From Mobula hypostoma (taxonomy: Eukaryota): 64,000 bases of DNA. The notes under the pieces were generated by a model. It was not told where the DNA came from, did no database searches, and saw only the letters and a list, made by a program, of their open reading frames with translations. The position numbers and the translations under genes were made by a program. Shown piece after piece: positions 12,531 to 25,234 of this stretch; the first letter of the stretch is position 1, and each line of letters begins with the position of its first letter. The stretch spans positions 80,044,001 to 80,108,000 of the forward strand of contig NC_086097.1 of the NCBI RefSeq assembly GCF_963921235.1, written 5' to 3'.

Positions 12531-13314
12531 ATTGAACATGAGGTAATAGTTCTCCTGAAACAAATGGTGCACTACATTGCTTTGCTGCAATCAGCATGGT
12601 GAAGGCATTCATGAGTGGAGCATTGTCCTAAAGGAGGAGGATGAGAACATATGTAGCTCTTTCCTGCTGGAGCAGAGATGTACCCTGCATATTCATACAC
12701 CTCTTCATTATGAACAGTCCTGTGCAGATTACTGCAAGACAGGGAAGACAGCAGACTGTTTGAAGTGTAAACAAGTGTGACGCTGGGGTCTGTGAGTCTG
12801 CTCAATTCTGTTTCTGGAGATTGAAAGAATGCCAGTGTTTTATAAATCCTATTTGTAACGTTGCATCATTGTCTCCTGAGAAGTTGCCAGATCTACAGAT
12901 TCAAAACAATTTCCCTCTCTCACCAGACTACATGAAGCCACCTCCCAACATAGTCTCTCAGGCACCACCCTTACCTGCACCCCACAGTTAGCCACCCTGG
13001 ACTGCTGCTTCAGTAGGCCTCAGACAGCAGACTAACGCTAGCCCACCTAAGGCAAGAGTTTCATGACTTATCAAGGACATTATCTAGCTTATAGTGAAAG
13101 GAAGCAGTCTTCCAGCAGTCAGAATGAAGCCATGTAGGGAATACACCAGTCACTGAAATCCAATTACAAGGTTGTCATACAGTAAAGGAATTTGGGTGTA
13201 TAATTTTCAAGAAAAATGCTATGATTTTCCAGTTATGTCTAATTTGATTTCATTGTGTTTCAAACAATTCTCAAGACAAAAACAACATTTTGGCTATAAG
13301 ATGTGAAAAGAGGT

Positions 13315-14530
13315 GACATACTGCAATTCTTTGAGGAAATTACAAGCAGGGTAGACAAAGGAGATGCAGTAGATGTGGTGTACTTGGATTTTCAGAAGAC
13401 CTTTGACAAGGTGCTGCACATGAAACTGCTTAGCAAGGTAAGAAGCCCATGGAATTACAGGGAAGTTAATAGTGTGGGTGGAGCGTTGGCTGGTCAGCAG
13501 AAAACATAGAGTGGGAATAAAAGGATCCTATTCTGGCTCGCTGCCAGTTACCAGTGGAGTTCCACAGGGGTCAGTGTTGGGACCGCTGCTTTTTACGATG
13601 TACGTCAATGATTTGGACTACGCTGTTAATGGATTTGTGGCTAAATTTGCCAATAATACAATGATAGGTGGAGTGGGTAGTGTTGAGGAAACAGAGAGCC
13701 TGCAGGGAGACTTAGATAGTTTAGGGGAATGGGCAAAGAAGTGGCAAATAAAATACAATGGTGGAAAGTGTATGGTCATGCACTTTGGTGGAAGAAATAA
13801 ATGAGCAGACTATTATTTAGATGGGGAGAGAATTCAAAATGCAGAGATGCAAAGGGACTTGGGAGTTCTTGTGCAGGATACCGTAAAGGTTAACCTCCTG
13901 GTTGAGTCAGTGGTGAAGAAGAGCAGGGATGTGATGTTGAGGCTCTATAAGGCACTCATGAGATCACACTTGGAGTATTTTGTGCAGTTTTGGGCTCCTT
14001 ATTTTAGAAAGGATATACTGTCATTGGAGAGGGTTCAGTGAAGATACACAAGAATGATTCCAGCAATGAAAGGGTTACCATTTGAGGAACATCTGGCAGC
14101 TCTTGGGATGTATTCCCTGGAGTTCAGGAGAATGAGGGGGGACCTCATAGAAATATTCCAGATGTTAAAAGGCCTGAGCAGATTAGATATGGCAAAATTA
14201 TTTCCCATGGTAGGAGATTCTAGGACAAGCGGGCACAACTTCAGGATTGAAGGATGTCCATTTAGAACTGAGCTGAGGAGAAATTACTTTAGTCAGAAGG
14301 TGGTAAATCTGTGGAATTTGTTGCCACGAATGGCTGTGGAGGCCACAGTCATTGGGTGTACTTAAGGCAGAGATGGATAGATTCTTGTATAGCCAGGGAA
14401 TCAAGGGGTATGAAGTGAAAGCAGGGGAGTGGGGATGACTGGAATAATTAGCTCAGCCCATGATTGAATGGCAGAGCAGACTCGATGTGCCAAATGGCCT
14501 ACTTCTTCTCCTATATCTTATGGTCTTATA
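13315..14530 (+). mobile_element. CR1 LINE 3' fragment (RT pseudogene plus tail)
   Basis: VDVVYLDFQKTFDKV, VTSGVPQGSVLGPLLF, KFANNT (FADDT decayed), LERVQ, RRMRGDLIE. Ends 'cctatatcttatggtcttat'. Frameshifts and stops present. Confidence 0.95.
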
Positions 14531-15066
14531 GCGTGACAACAGTTTGCATTACTTCATAATCTGTGAGGTCTCTTTTAAAATGTTAGCTAATCTCATGAAT
14601 TCTGCATGGACATGTACAATCCTGACTTTCTAGACAGTGAGAGAAGTTTTTCCATTAATATCCCACTAAAATGGTGCATGATAGTCAAATAACTTGACTA
14701 GTCATAGCTGGCATTTTATTCTAGTAAGACTTGCAGAGAACTCACAATGCAAACTGATTACACTCTGACAATTATTCTCCCATGCTTGATCTACCATTAC
14801 TACAATTATTAAAGCAACATCTGTGGGAGAGTCTTCGGAAAAAAAGGGAAAGAGAATGAAAGGTGGCATGCAGGAATGAAACATTTGCTCTACATATCCC
14901 ATTCTTTAAACAACTTTCATGAGAGAAATTAAGAGTGGGAGAAACAGGTGAGAGAGTATTTGACAAAAGCAATTGCATTTGCAGAAAACATGATCACACC
15001 TGATAGTTGTGAGATGAGTGAACTTGTATTTCTACTACTTGTACCACTTCCCTTCAGCCATACGTA

Positions 15067-16031
15067 CAGAGGCATGCAAAGATTTGGACACCCTGGTCAA
15101 AATTTCTGTTATTGTGAATAGCTAAGTGAGTAAAAGATGAACTGATTTCCAAAAGGCATAAAGTTAAAGATGACACATTTCTTTATTGAATTCATTCTTC
15201 CCTTTTAACTTCATCAGTCCACAGGACTTGTTTCCAAAATGCATCAGGCTTGATTAGATGTTCCTCTGAACCTTCTGAATAGAACCTTTTGGCTGCAATG
15301 AGCAAAGGTATGTTTGGAGCAAAAAGGGTGCAGAATTTCATGAAAGGAACCCCTCTCCAGCTGCTTAAGCACCGGAGTGGATCGATCATGCTTTGGGCTT
15401 GTGTTGCAGCCAGTGGCACGGGGAACATTTACTGGTAGAGGGAAGAATGAATTCAATAAAATACTAGCAAATTCTGGAAGCAAACATCACACCGTCTATA
15501 AAAAAAGCCGAAGATGTAAAGAGGATGGCTTCTACAACAGTATAATGAACCTAAACACACCTCAAAATCCACAATGGACTACCTTACGAGGCGCAAGCTG
15601 AAAGTTTTGCCACGGCCCTCACATCATGAAGAATCTGTGGATAGACCTCAAAAGAGCAGTGCATGCAAGACGGCCCAACAATCTTACAGAATGAGTAGCC
15701 TTTTGCAAGGAAGAATGGGCAAAAATCCCCCAAACAAGGATTGGAAGACTCTTAGCTGGCTACAAAAAGCGTTTACAAGCTGTGATACTTGCCAAAGGGG
15801 GTTTTACTAAGTACTGCCATGCAGGGTACCCAAGCTTTTGCTTCGGGCCCTTTTCCTTATTTGTTATTTTGAAACTGTAAAATATGGAAAAAAAGTTTTC
15901 TTGCTTAAAATATTAAAGAAATGTGTCATCTTTAACCATGCCTTTTGGAAATCAGTTCATCTTTTACTCGCTTAGCTATTCACAGTAACAGAAATTTTGA
16001 CCAGGAGTGCCCAAACTTTCGCATGCCACTG
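15067..16031 (+). mobile_element. Internally deleted and rearranged Tc1-like DNA transposon
   Basis: ~120-bp TIRs (cagaggcatgcaaa.../...tttcgcatgccactg) flanked by TA. Transposase remnants QRYVW..KG, GSIMLWACVAASGTG and ...AKGGFTKY. Confidence 0.9.
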
Positions 16032-17962
16032 TATATTTTGAAATGGTTAAGCAGTATTTTGGCTGAAGAAGAACCTCACTTGCAGATTCATGAAGGGTCA
16101 GTCACTGCTGAATTATTGTAGATATCACTGGTTTAAAATGTTAGTTTTTCTGTGCATCTCCTGATCTGATCAATGCAGTATGATGGCATTACTCTCGCCT
16201 GCAATGGTTAAAATGCTGTCAGTGCAAAATCTCAACCAATGTTTAAACCTACCAAGTGAAGCTGCTCCCTGGAAATGTATATTTTGTGTATAGGTCACAG
16301 TTCTTTAAGAAATATGCCACTCAGAAAAAAATACATACATGTTGTAGCAAATCAATTGATCAGAGGTTCATTATGATTATTACTGTTGCATTATTGACAG
16401 TGTAACAGAATGTAGGGAACTCTTATGTGTCATCTGAACTCTCTTATAAGATTTTCGGTAAACTGTTAATGAATGGAGCGTGGAGAGGATCATCTGACTT
16501 GCACTGAGGTCAATGGTTCAGCTCCTCGAGAAAAACATCTGTGTGAAAATTACTAATACTCCAGGCAAGTAAACCCTCCCTCCTTCACTATATTGAAAGA
16601 TTAGTTGTTGGTGTCTCCAACTCCAAACTCAGTAATAATCCAAAGTTACTTCCAATGCTTTAAAGTGACAGTCCAACTGTTAATCTTCGTCTCTCTCTCT
16701 CTCTTTTCAAAAGCAACATATCGGTGGTAAATAACCCTGCCTCTCTCTCCTTTCCAAACAAACCATCAGTGATGAATGTCTCTCTCTAAACAGTTAATAG
16801 GGGCACTCCTGGATCCCCTCACACACAGTGCCTTTATTTAAAAATGCCTGCAAGGTCAAGCTACAGGCTGATGAACCTAGTATCAGTGGTGAGAAACTTA
16901 CTTTGGGGGGGGGGGTAGGGCAGATACTAAGAGATAGGATCTATCTGCATTTGAAAAGGCATAAACCAATTAGGGATAGTCATCTTGGCCTTGTATATGG
17001 GTAATTTTATCTCATAAATTTGTTTGAATTTTTGAAATGGTGACCAAGAGGGCATTGACAAGGGCAATAAGTACATAATTCTCTGAAACAGAGTTGTGAA
17101 AAAGGCGTATGCCTTTATCAGTCTGAGTTCAAGACTTGGGGCATAGCTGTCCATTGATGAGATTGCACTTAAGAGTTCTGGGTGCATTTCTGATCTATAT
17201 GCTATAGAAAGGATATGATTAAATCAGAAGAGGTGCAGAAAAGATACAGTGCCTATAAAAAGAATTCATTCACTACCCCCCCCCCCACAGAAGTTTTCAT
17301 GTTATATTGTTTTTCAACACTGAATCACAGCAGATTTAATTTGGCTTTTTGACACTGATCAACAGAAAAAGATTCTTTCGTGTCAAAGTGACAACAGACA
17401 AAGTGATGTAAATTAATTACAAATAAAAAACACAAAATAATTGATTTTATAAGTACATATTCACCCCCTTTAATATGACACACTAAATCATCACTGGCGT
17501 AGCCAATTGCTTTTAGAAGCTGCATAATTAATTAAATGGAGATAAACTGATGTGCAGTCAAGGTGTTTCAATTGACTGTAGTAAAAATACACATGTATCT
17601 GGAAGGTCCAACTGCTGGTGAGTCAGTATCCTGGCAAAAGCTACAGCGTGAAGCCAAAAGAATACTCCAAGCAACTCCGCGAAAAGGTTATTGAAAAGCA
17701 CAAGTCAGGAGATGGACACAAGAAAATCTCTAAGTCACTGAATATCCCTTGGAGTACAGTTAAGTCAATCATCAAGAAATGGAAAGAATATGGCACAGCT
17801 GTAAATCTGCTTACAGCAGGCCGTCCTCAAAATCTGAGTGACTGTGCAAGAAGGGGACTGGTGAGGGAGGCCACCAAGAGACCTATGACAACTCTGGAGG
17901 AGATGCAAGCTTCAGTGGCTGAGATGGGAGAGACTGTGCAGACAACAACTCTTGCCTGAGTA

Positions 17963-19535
17963 CAGGTTTCCCCCGCCATCCGAAGGTAGAGCGTTCCTAT
18001 GAAACGGTTCGTAAGCCGGAATGTTGTAACATGAAGAAGCAATTACCATTTATTTATATGGGAAAAATTTGTGAGCGTTCGCAGACCTAAAAAATAACCT
18101 ACCAAATCATGCCAAATAACACATAAAACCTAAAGTAACAGTAACATATAGTAAAAGCACAGTTGATATGATAAATACACAGCCTATATAAAGTAGAAAT
18201 ACTTTCCTACAATCATTGCTGCACTGGCCACTGTAGTGAAAATCTCGCGCAAGCATTTTCGGTAGAAACACGGCGCAAGCGCTCTCAGCAGAAACACTCT
18301 CTCCAGTAACCTTTAAGAAATGAAGCTGCCAAATCATACCAAATAGCACATAAAAATACACAGCCTATATAAAGTAGAAATAATGTATGTACAATGTAGT
18401 ATCACTTACTGGAATCGGAAAGACAGCGTCGAGCACACTGATGATGGTGTGTTAGGCTGAGTCGTCAGAGATCGGGGTGGTGCAGTGGTCCCCAACCTCC
18501 AGGCCGCGGACTGATACTGATCCGCGAAGCATACAGTGGTGCAGCAGTAGCCGGGACGCATCCAGCACATCTTTAAGAAAAAAGCCAAAATAAACAAGCT
18601 AATTATTTACGTGCTGGGGCGCACCTAATTAATTAGCTTGTTTATTTCGGCTTTTTTCTTAATGATGTGCTGGGTGCGTCCCAGCTACTGCTGCATTCTT
18701 CGCAGCCCGGTATCGGTCCGCGGCCCGGATGTTGGGGTGGTGGGACACTGGAGTGTCATCTCATCGTCGTCAGTTTCCATCAGGGCAGGCAGGTCATCTT
18801 CATGTCCGCCTGCCTCAATGTCGAAGGTCGAGGTTCGTCGTCTGCTGTGGCTGATTGGAAGGCTTGCTTGACTGCTTAGCCTCGCGCATTTTCCTATCAT
18901 ACAGTTCTTCGTAAGCACTCAAACCATCCTGCAAATATGCCCTAAACCTACGTACCCTTTCAAAATAAAAGTCATACTTTTCTGCAATCATTGCAGCGAA
19001 AATCTCACGCAGTTGCTTCATGTTCAGTTCCTGGACGACTTCTCTTTTGGTCTGTTCGCTACTGCATTCGGTTTTGATTATTATCCTTTCCTGTTCCAAT
19101 TGCATCAGCTCTTCATCTATCAGTTCTTGGTCATGGGATGCCAACCTCTTCAACATCATCTTCGTCAACTTGCACAAACCAAACTCACTTTGTCCTTACT
19201 TCGTTCACCACGATCGAAATGCTTAATTATGTCTAGTTTTACGCTAAGTGTAACACCCTTACGAGCTCTTTTAGGCTTTTCTGATACCTTAGAACTCATC
19301 TTGCTAACGGATGCTCAAAATAAATCGACATAAAGCACAGACGCTCACAGGCATGTGTTTCAGCAATGCCGGCTAGAATGCAGTTCCGGGGGAGGAGCTT
19401 GGCTGCTTGGGGCGCATGCTGCCTTTTATCGTAACAGTGAAAACACCTTCTATTAGCGAAAACAGATAACTAATGTAAGTCTTTCGTAACAGCGAGGTTT
19501 TGTAAAGCGAATGTTTGAAAAGCGGGGGACACCTG
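17963..19535 (-). mobile_element. Internally deleted Tigger/pogo-like transposon nested in Tc1
   Basis: TA-caggtttcccccgc...gcgggggacacctg-TA. Minus-strand MSSKVSEKPKRARKGVTLSVKLDIIKHFDRGE (ATG at 19299; CENP-B/psq HTH) is joined to a Tigger-like C-terminus (SHDQELIDEELMQLE...AYEELYDRK). No DDE core. Confidence 0.88.
18483..18737. mobile_element. hAT-type palindromic MITE nested in the Tigger
   Basis: Starts cagtggtccccaacc (Charlie/MER5-like terminus). ~250-bp fold-back. gggtggtg flanks both sides (possible 8-bp TSD). Confidence 0.65.
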
Positions 19536-20904
19536 TACTTCACCAGTCACAGCTTTATGTGAGAGTGGCAAAGACAGAGCCACTTTTGAAAAAAAAACTC
19601 AAATGAAATTTCAGCTAGAGTTTGTCAGAGGCACATGGGAGATCCTGAAGTTAGCGGGAAGAAGGTTCCATCGTGTGATTAAACCAAAATTGAGCTTTAT
19701 GGCTATTAGACTAAAGGCTATGTTTGGCGTGAGCCAAACACTGCATATCACCAAAAACACACCATCCCTACCGTGAAGCATAGTGGTGGCTGCATCATGC
19801 TGTGGGGATGCTTCACTGCAGCGGCTTGTGAAGGTAGGCAGTAAAATGAATGCAGCAAAATACAGGGAAATCCTGGAGGAAAACCTGATGCAGTCTGCAC
19901 GAGAAAGCAAATTGGGAGAGAAGATTTGTTTTCCAGCAAGGCAATGACCCCAAGCATAAAGCCAAAGCTACACAGGAATGGCTTAAAAACCACAAGATTA
20001 ATCTCCTGGAGTGGCTCAAACCAATTGAGAATTTTTGGCTGGACTTGAAAGGGTCTGTTCACTCACCATCTCCATGCAATCTGACAGAGCTTGAGCAGTT
20101 TTGTAAAGAAGAATGGGAAAAATTTGCACTGTCCAGATGTGCAAAGCATATAGAGGCTTATCCGCACAGACTCAAGGCTGTAATTGCTGCCAAGGGTGCA
20201 TCTACTAAATACTGACTTGAAGGGGATGAGTAATAATGCAATCAATTATTTTGCGTTTAATAATTGTAATAAATTTAAACCAATTTGCAGAAATCTGTTT
20301 TCACTTTGACACGATAATAGAGCCTTTTCTGTTGATCAGTGCCAATCAAGCCAAATTAAATCCACTGTGACTCAATGTTGCAAAACAATAAAACATGAAT
20401 ACTTCCAAGGGGGTTGAATACTTTTTATAGGCACTGTAAATAATAAGCATGTTTCAGGTCTGCAGGGCTTCAGTTATAATAGATTGGATCAACTAGGATT
20501 GTTTTCCCTGGAGTGGAGGAGTTTGAGGTATGAACTAACAGAGGTTTATAAAATCATGAGCAGCACAGATAGAATAGACAGACATAGTTTTTTTATTTCC
20601 ATGGTAGGTGAACCTAAAACTAGAGGGTATGGGTTTAAAGTGATAGGGGACCTGAGGGGGTGGGCAAATGAAATGAGCTGCCAGAGGAAGTGGTGGAGGT
20701 GGTAAAAATGAGAACATTTGAAAGGCATTTGGGCAGGTACATCGATAGGAACAGTTTAGAGGGATATGGGCAAAATGCAAGAAAATTGATGAAAGACTAG
20801 CTCAGTTAGGCATCTTGTTGGCATGGACAAGTTGGGCTAAAGAGCCAGTTTCCTGCTGTAGAAATCTATGACTCTAGAACAAGTCACTTATGCAGCTAAC
20901 TTAA

Positions 20905-21220
20905 GGATTTCAAAGTACACATATGTTACCATATGCAACCCTGAGATTAGTTTTCTCACAGGCGCTGAGAATCCTGAAGTTCCTATACCTTTGTCCTGAT
21001 GGCAGCAGTAAGAAGAGAGCATGGCCTAGTTGGTGGGGGTCCCCGATGATGGATACTGCATTCCTGTGATAATGCTCTGTTTAGGGTGCTCAATGGTGGG
21101 AAGAGCTTTAACCATGATGTACTGGGCCATATCCATTACTTTTTGTAGTCATTAGTGTTTCCAAACCAGGCTGTGATGCAGCTAGTTAATATATTCTGCA
21201 CCACACATCTATGAAAGTTT
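20905..21220 (-). mobile_element. Rex1/Babar-like LINE 3' fragment
   Basis: Minus strand encodes remnants NFHRCVVQNILTSCITAWFGN...IIGDPHQLGHALF. Retroposon tail at 20905-20963. Confidence 0.7.
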
Positions 21221-23264
21221 ACAAGATTTGATATTTTCTGTACAATAATGCAAGAAAACACCAACATTTCTTAAAATGTAGCGGATGCTTTGTGGGTGAA
21301 ATTCCATGCTCATTCCCAAATGCAATTCACAATTTCATTATAATACCTCACCCACTTCAGCATCAGCATAGAATCGTAAATTGAACAATTATTTCAAGGA
21401 AAGAATAGTGTCAGAAGAAGGAATTATTTTGTGTTAGTGCCATTCTACATTAAGACTTCTGAGTGATCATCAGCAAATACAGTATAAGAACTAACCACAC
21501 AAACTCCCACTCAGAACTGAAATCATTTAGATTATAAATAGATCATAAAAAATAATTTCAAGGTGAGGATTTATTATCTGGGTGCACACAGCAGTCATGA
21601 ACAGTTCGAGCTTTGGTTTTATAGTTCAAAATATCCCAACTTTCACAACAGTAATTCCCTTCTTGCAATTAATTGCACATATCCAGTATGATAGTGGAGA
21701 TATTGCATTTTTAATATTTTCAGGGCTTTAGAAATGCATTAAAATATAATACCACACATTTATATGACTTAATATAATCTTCCTCCCAGGTTGAGAATCT
21801 TCCAAGTTATCTATTGGTTTTGATCAGAACATAGCGTTTTAACACATTTTTTCTCATACATTATAAAACAGCCTGATTTCAAGCACTGCAACCTTCAGCT
21901 CTCCCTGAAGCAAGAAGACATTTATTGAAATACAATGACGCATCACGTAACACCCCTCCTCCCATGTTCTCTGATGGCTGTTGTCTATGAATAATTCACA
22001 AAATAGCAGATGAATATACATAAGAAAATTAACTAAATATTTTATTTTCTTCTTTCTAGAGGTCAAGAAGGCCAAAATTTATCTATAATTTATAGTCCAA
22101 CAATGAGCACAGCTACTGTAACAAAAAATTAGTAAAAAACTGTTTATGCATGATCAACTACATGAAAAATAACTGCAGATTTTCTTGCAGAAACAAACCA
22201 TTTCTGCAATTGCATAGTTACAGCTCAAAACATCTGTAATAGATTCACAGAGCTCCTTTTAATACAAATTAATTCCTGCTTCTTGGGGGCAGCTGTTAAA
22301 TTTAAAGGGTGTTGAAAGCTGATGCCTCACTACACAGGCAACCTACTTTTAAATTATTCTGAATCCCTAATTTAATTATGCTACCCAAGGGATTTTGATT
22401 CAGTGGTATCATCATCATCACCGAGGCACCACCACAGACCTGGTGGCAGTAATTGACCAGGCACTGAAATATTTTTGTTGCAAAAGTAGGTCAGAGTCTG
22501 GTTATTATGCATTGAATGATTCTTCTCCTGACTCCCAGAGCTTTTCTATCATTCATAGAGCACTTCAGACATGTGAAGACTCTCCACTTGCCTGAGTGAG
22601 TGCATGTGCATTAGTGGCAATCCTTATCAAGCGTGACGCCATCTGAGATAAGAACACTACTTCATTGGCAACAAAATTCACCATCATAAACATTCACTAC
22701 TTCCACAATAGTCAAATCATGTTTTCAATAGGTACTTGCTACAAAATTCACTACCAAAGCTCTGCTGATAGCACCACTAAATTTTACAACTTCTCCTAAA
22801 CAAAGCAATATCTAGCATTCTATAACCTATAAATTCCTGGACATATATCACTTTTTCTCCACTGTTGTTGTGTTTGAATTCTGAAACTTTCTACTCAAGA
22901 CCTGTGGTGATCAACTTCATCTGGACTCAGCTTTTCAAGGAAACGCATCATGCCAACTTCCTTACAAAGACTATTCAGGAGAGACAATAATTGCTTCACC
23001 AGTATGCCCACAGCCAATAGAATATTAGCAGAAGATAATTATCATTCTTAGAAAGATTGCTTGGTAGTAAAAAATTAACTCATTAGAAAACAACTTGTAT
23101 TTCTATATCATCACCACAAGAGAGAAATATCCCGAGGTCCTTTTAACAGTCAGATAATTAAATGAAACAATAAAAAACAGAAAGACATCAGACCTATGAC
23201 CAAAAACGTAGTCAAAGATATAGGTATTAAAAAGCATCTTCTTAAGGGAATTGTAGACTTATGA

Positions 23265-23560
23265 CTTAGGAGGACACTCAGCCCATTATGTCTATGCCAG
23301 TAATTTACCAGTTATTCAACTTCCAACATCTGGATCTAGCACTTCAAGTATGCTTCTAAGTATTTTTAAATGTGAGAAGGATTTCTAGCATAACCACACT
23401 TTCAGGCAGGGAGGTCCAGACTATAGTATCCTCTTGGAGAAAAAATTAATCCTCATTTCCTCTCTAATCCTTCTACCAATCATTTTAAAGCTATGCCTTT
23501 TAGTTTTTGACACCTATGTTTAGGGAAACAGATCTTTAAAATTTACATTATCAGGTTATC
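23265..23560 (-). mobile_element. Degenerate CR1-type 3' remnant
   Basis: 'accacactttcaggcagggaggtccagact...ttttaaagctatgccttttagttttt' matches the reverse complement of the CR1 ORF2 end (..RGHxFK..VWNxLP). Confidence 0.5.
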
Positions 23561-23934
23561 ATATGACCATAGCATACAGAATTAGGCATTTGACCCATCG
23601 AGCCATTGCATTGGGGCAGTTCTACTCGCTCGACCTCAGAAGTCCAGGTCCAGTGAGTAGATGTCACAACTGAGTCTTCCCTGGTTGCTGTGGATGACTA
23701 TGAATTCTGTGCCTCATCATGCAATTCACTCTCCATATTGCATTACAGAAATGCCTTCCTGGCTGTTGGATTCTCACTATAGATCTCATTCGCCCAGTCT
23801 GCCAGATCTGACTTCGCATACATATCATCAGGATACAAGACCCCCGACAGCTACCCTCATCTGTCGAAGCATGCAAACAGCTACTTGGGACGACAGCTGA
23901 GTGTCCAGTGGGGACCGAAGGTAACATTCAAAAT

Positions 23935-24385
23935 GATTGTCAATACCTTTAAATTCTTCACAGTTCCTAACTTGTTGAAGAAGTGAAATTCTTTAATTTT
24001 CACTCCTGGCCACTTCTGGCATGCCCATGTCTGAATGCTTGAAACCACAGTGAGCAAAACAGTTCTGTATTGCCTTATCGCTTACTTCTCACCAACTAAT
24101 AGTCGCAAAAATCACTGCTTTTTGTACAAAAACACATGCAACTGACGCTATTTAAGAACTGTTCACTCTAAGCATGGTGTAGTGTCTAAAGGCCACACAA
24201 CATGCATGCGTTTGATGTTAGTTAGAAAATTTTGGCAAGAGTCTCTTGCCCCAATTAAGTGGCCCATTGTCCCAAATAAATGAAGAGATTCCTGGCTATT
24301 TTCTCAATTTGTTTTTGTTCTTTAAGAGTTGTTCCAAATAAATGGCTGTTCTGATTAACTGATGGTCCAATTAACTGGAGTCCAT
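23935..24385. mobile_element. Possible Tigger/pogo-like MITE fragment
   Basis: Repeated 'cccaattaa/ccaaataaa' subterminal motifs ending 'ccaattaactggagtcca'. The other end was not found. Confidence 0.35.
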
Positions 24386-25234
24386 CATTAAACATCCTCA
24401 TCAAGCCCTCTACAGTTAAGCCTATGTCAATGATATATTATTACCAAAAGCATGAGTTAAATCTCATCAACTCTTGATCATAAGGATTTCAAGCTTTTCA
24501 AATTCCTTGGTTTATACTTGCTGTTTCTGTGGGATATCTGAAATAATTGAAATGAGCACAGAAGTTTCAAGTAAAGTTATTAACTATCAAATTGATCTTC
24601 ATGGTAGATTCACTGAGAGCATCAACCATAAATGAATTATTAACTTCTCAGTTTAAGATAATCATATTAAGGAAAGTTAGTCACAAAGAACAATTCAATG
24701 GTGGGAGGAAATTGAATCAATATGTAGATTGGATATTACATGATATCTTGTTCAAACCTATGTTTCTACCAGTGATGATCAGTGACCTTTTAAGTTTTTC
24801 AGGGTATTAGCTTGATACTTTCAACAATCTCTGCTTAAAATAAAAAATGATGAGATTTTACCAGAATCTTATTTAGCCTCATCAGCACACCCTCATAACT
24901 ATTCTAAAGAGCATGAGTACGAGTTATCTAAACTTTTTTCGTATCCACTACTTTCCTGAGCTGCCAACATCCTTTTGTTTTCATCCCCATAAATCTCCTC
25001 TGCACCCTTTTCATTACAATTATATCTATCCTGAAATTGAGGACCAGAGCTGAATACAATTCTCCAGCTATAGATGATTAAAACAATTTGGAGTTGGTGG
25101 TAAGATGATGTTTATAGTGAAACTGCTTTTACTATGACTGATAAATGTCATCTTCACTGAGAGGTTGATCCAAATATATATCACGTGATCTATGTTTTTT
25201 ACAGTCTGATCATATACCATTTTTTCTGGTGGAG

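Larger units (their letters stand above)
17247..20436 (+). mobile_element. Tc1-like transposon (long TIRs) with decayed transposase
   Basis: TA-cagtgcctataaaaag...ctttttataggcactg-TA with ~200-bp TIRs. Paired-like N-terminus KPKEYSKQLREKVIEKHKSG at 17648-17959. Catalytic part 19538-20216 ([33 protein letters not shown]). Confidence 0.95.
16825..20876 (+). mobile_element. Old CR1 remnant interrupted by Tc1 (CR1 pieces 16825-17244 and 20439-20876)
   Basis: RDRIYLHL..., YRKDMIKSEEVQK before the Tc1 and LDQLGLFSLEWRSLR..LTEVYKIM after it, collinear with CR1 ORF2. CR1-type 3' tail at ~20820-20876. Confidence 0.75.

Noticed and set aside
23610..23925. GC-richer block that looks like a repeat fragment
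   Set aside because: Family could not be assigned, and there is no second copy, terminus or protein motif.
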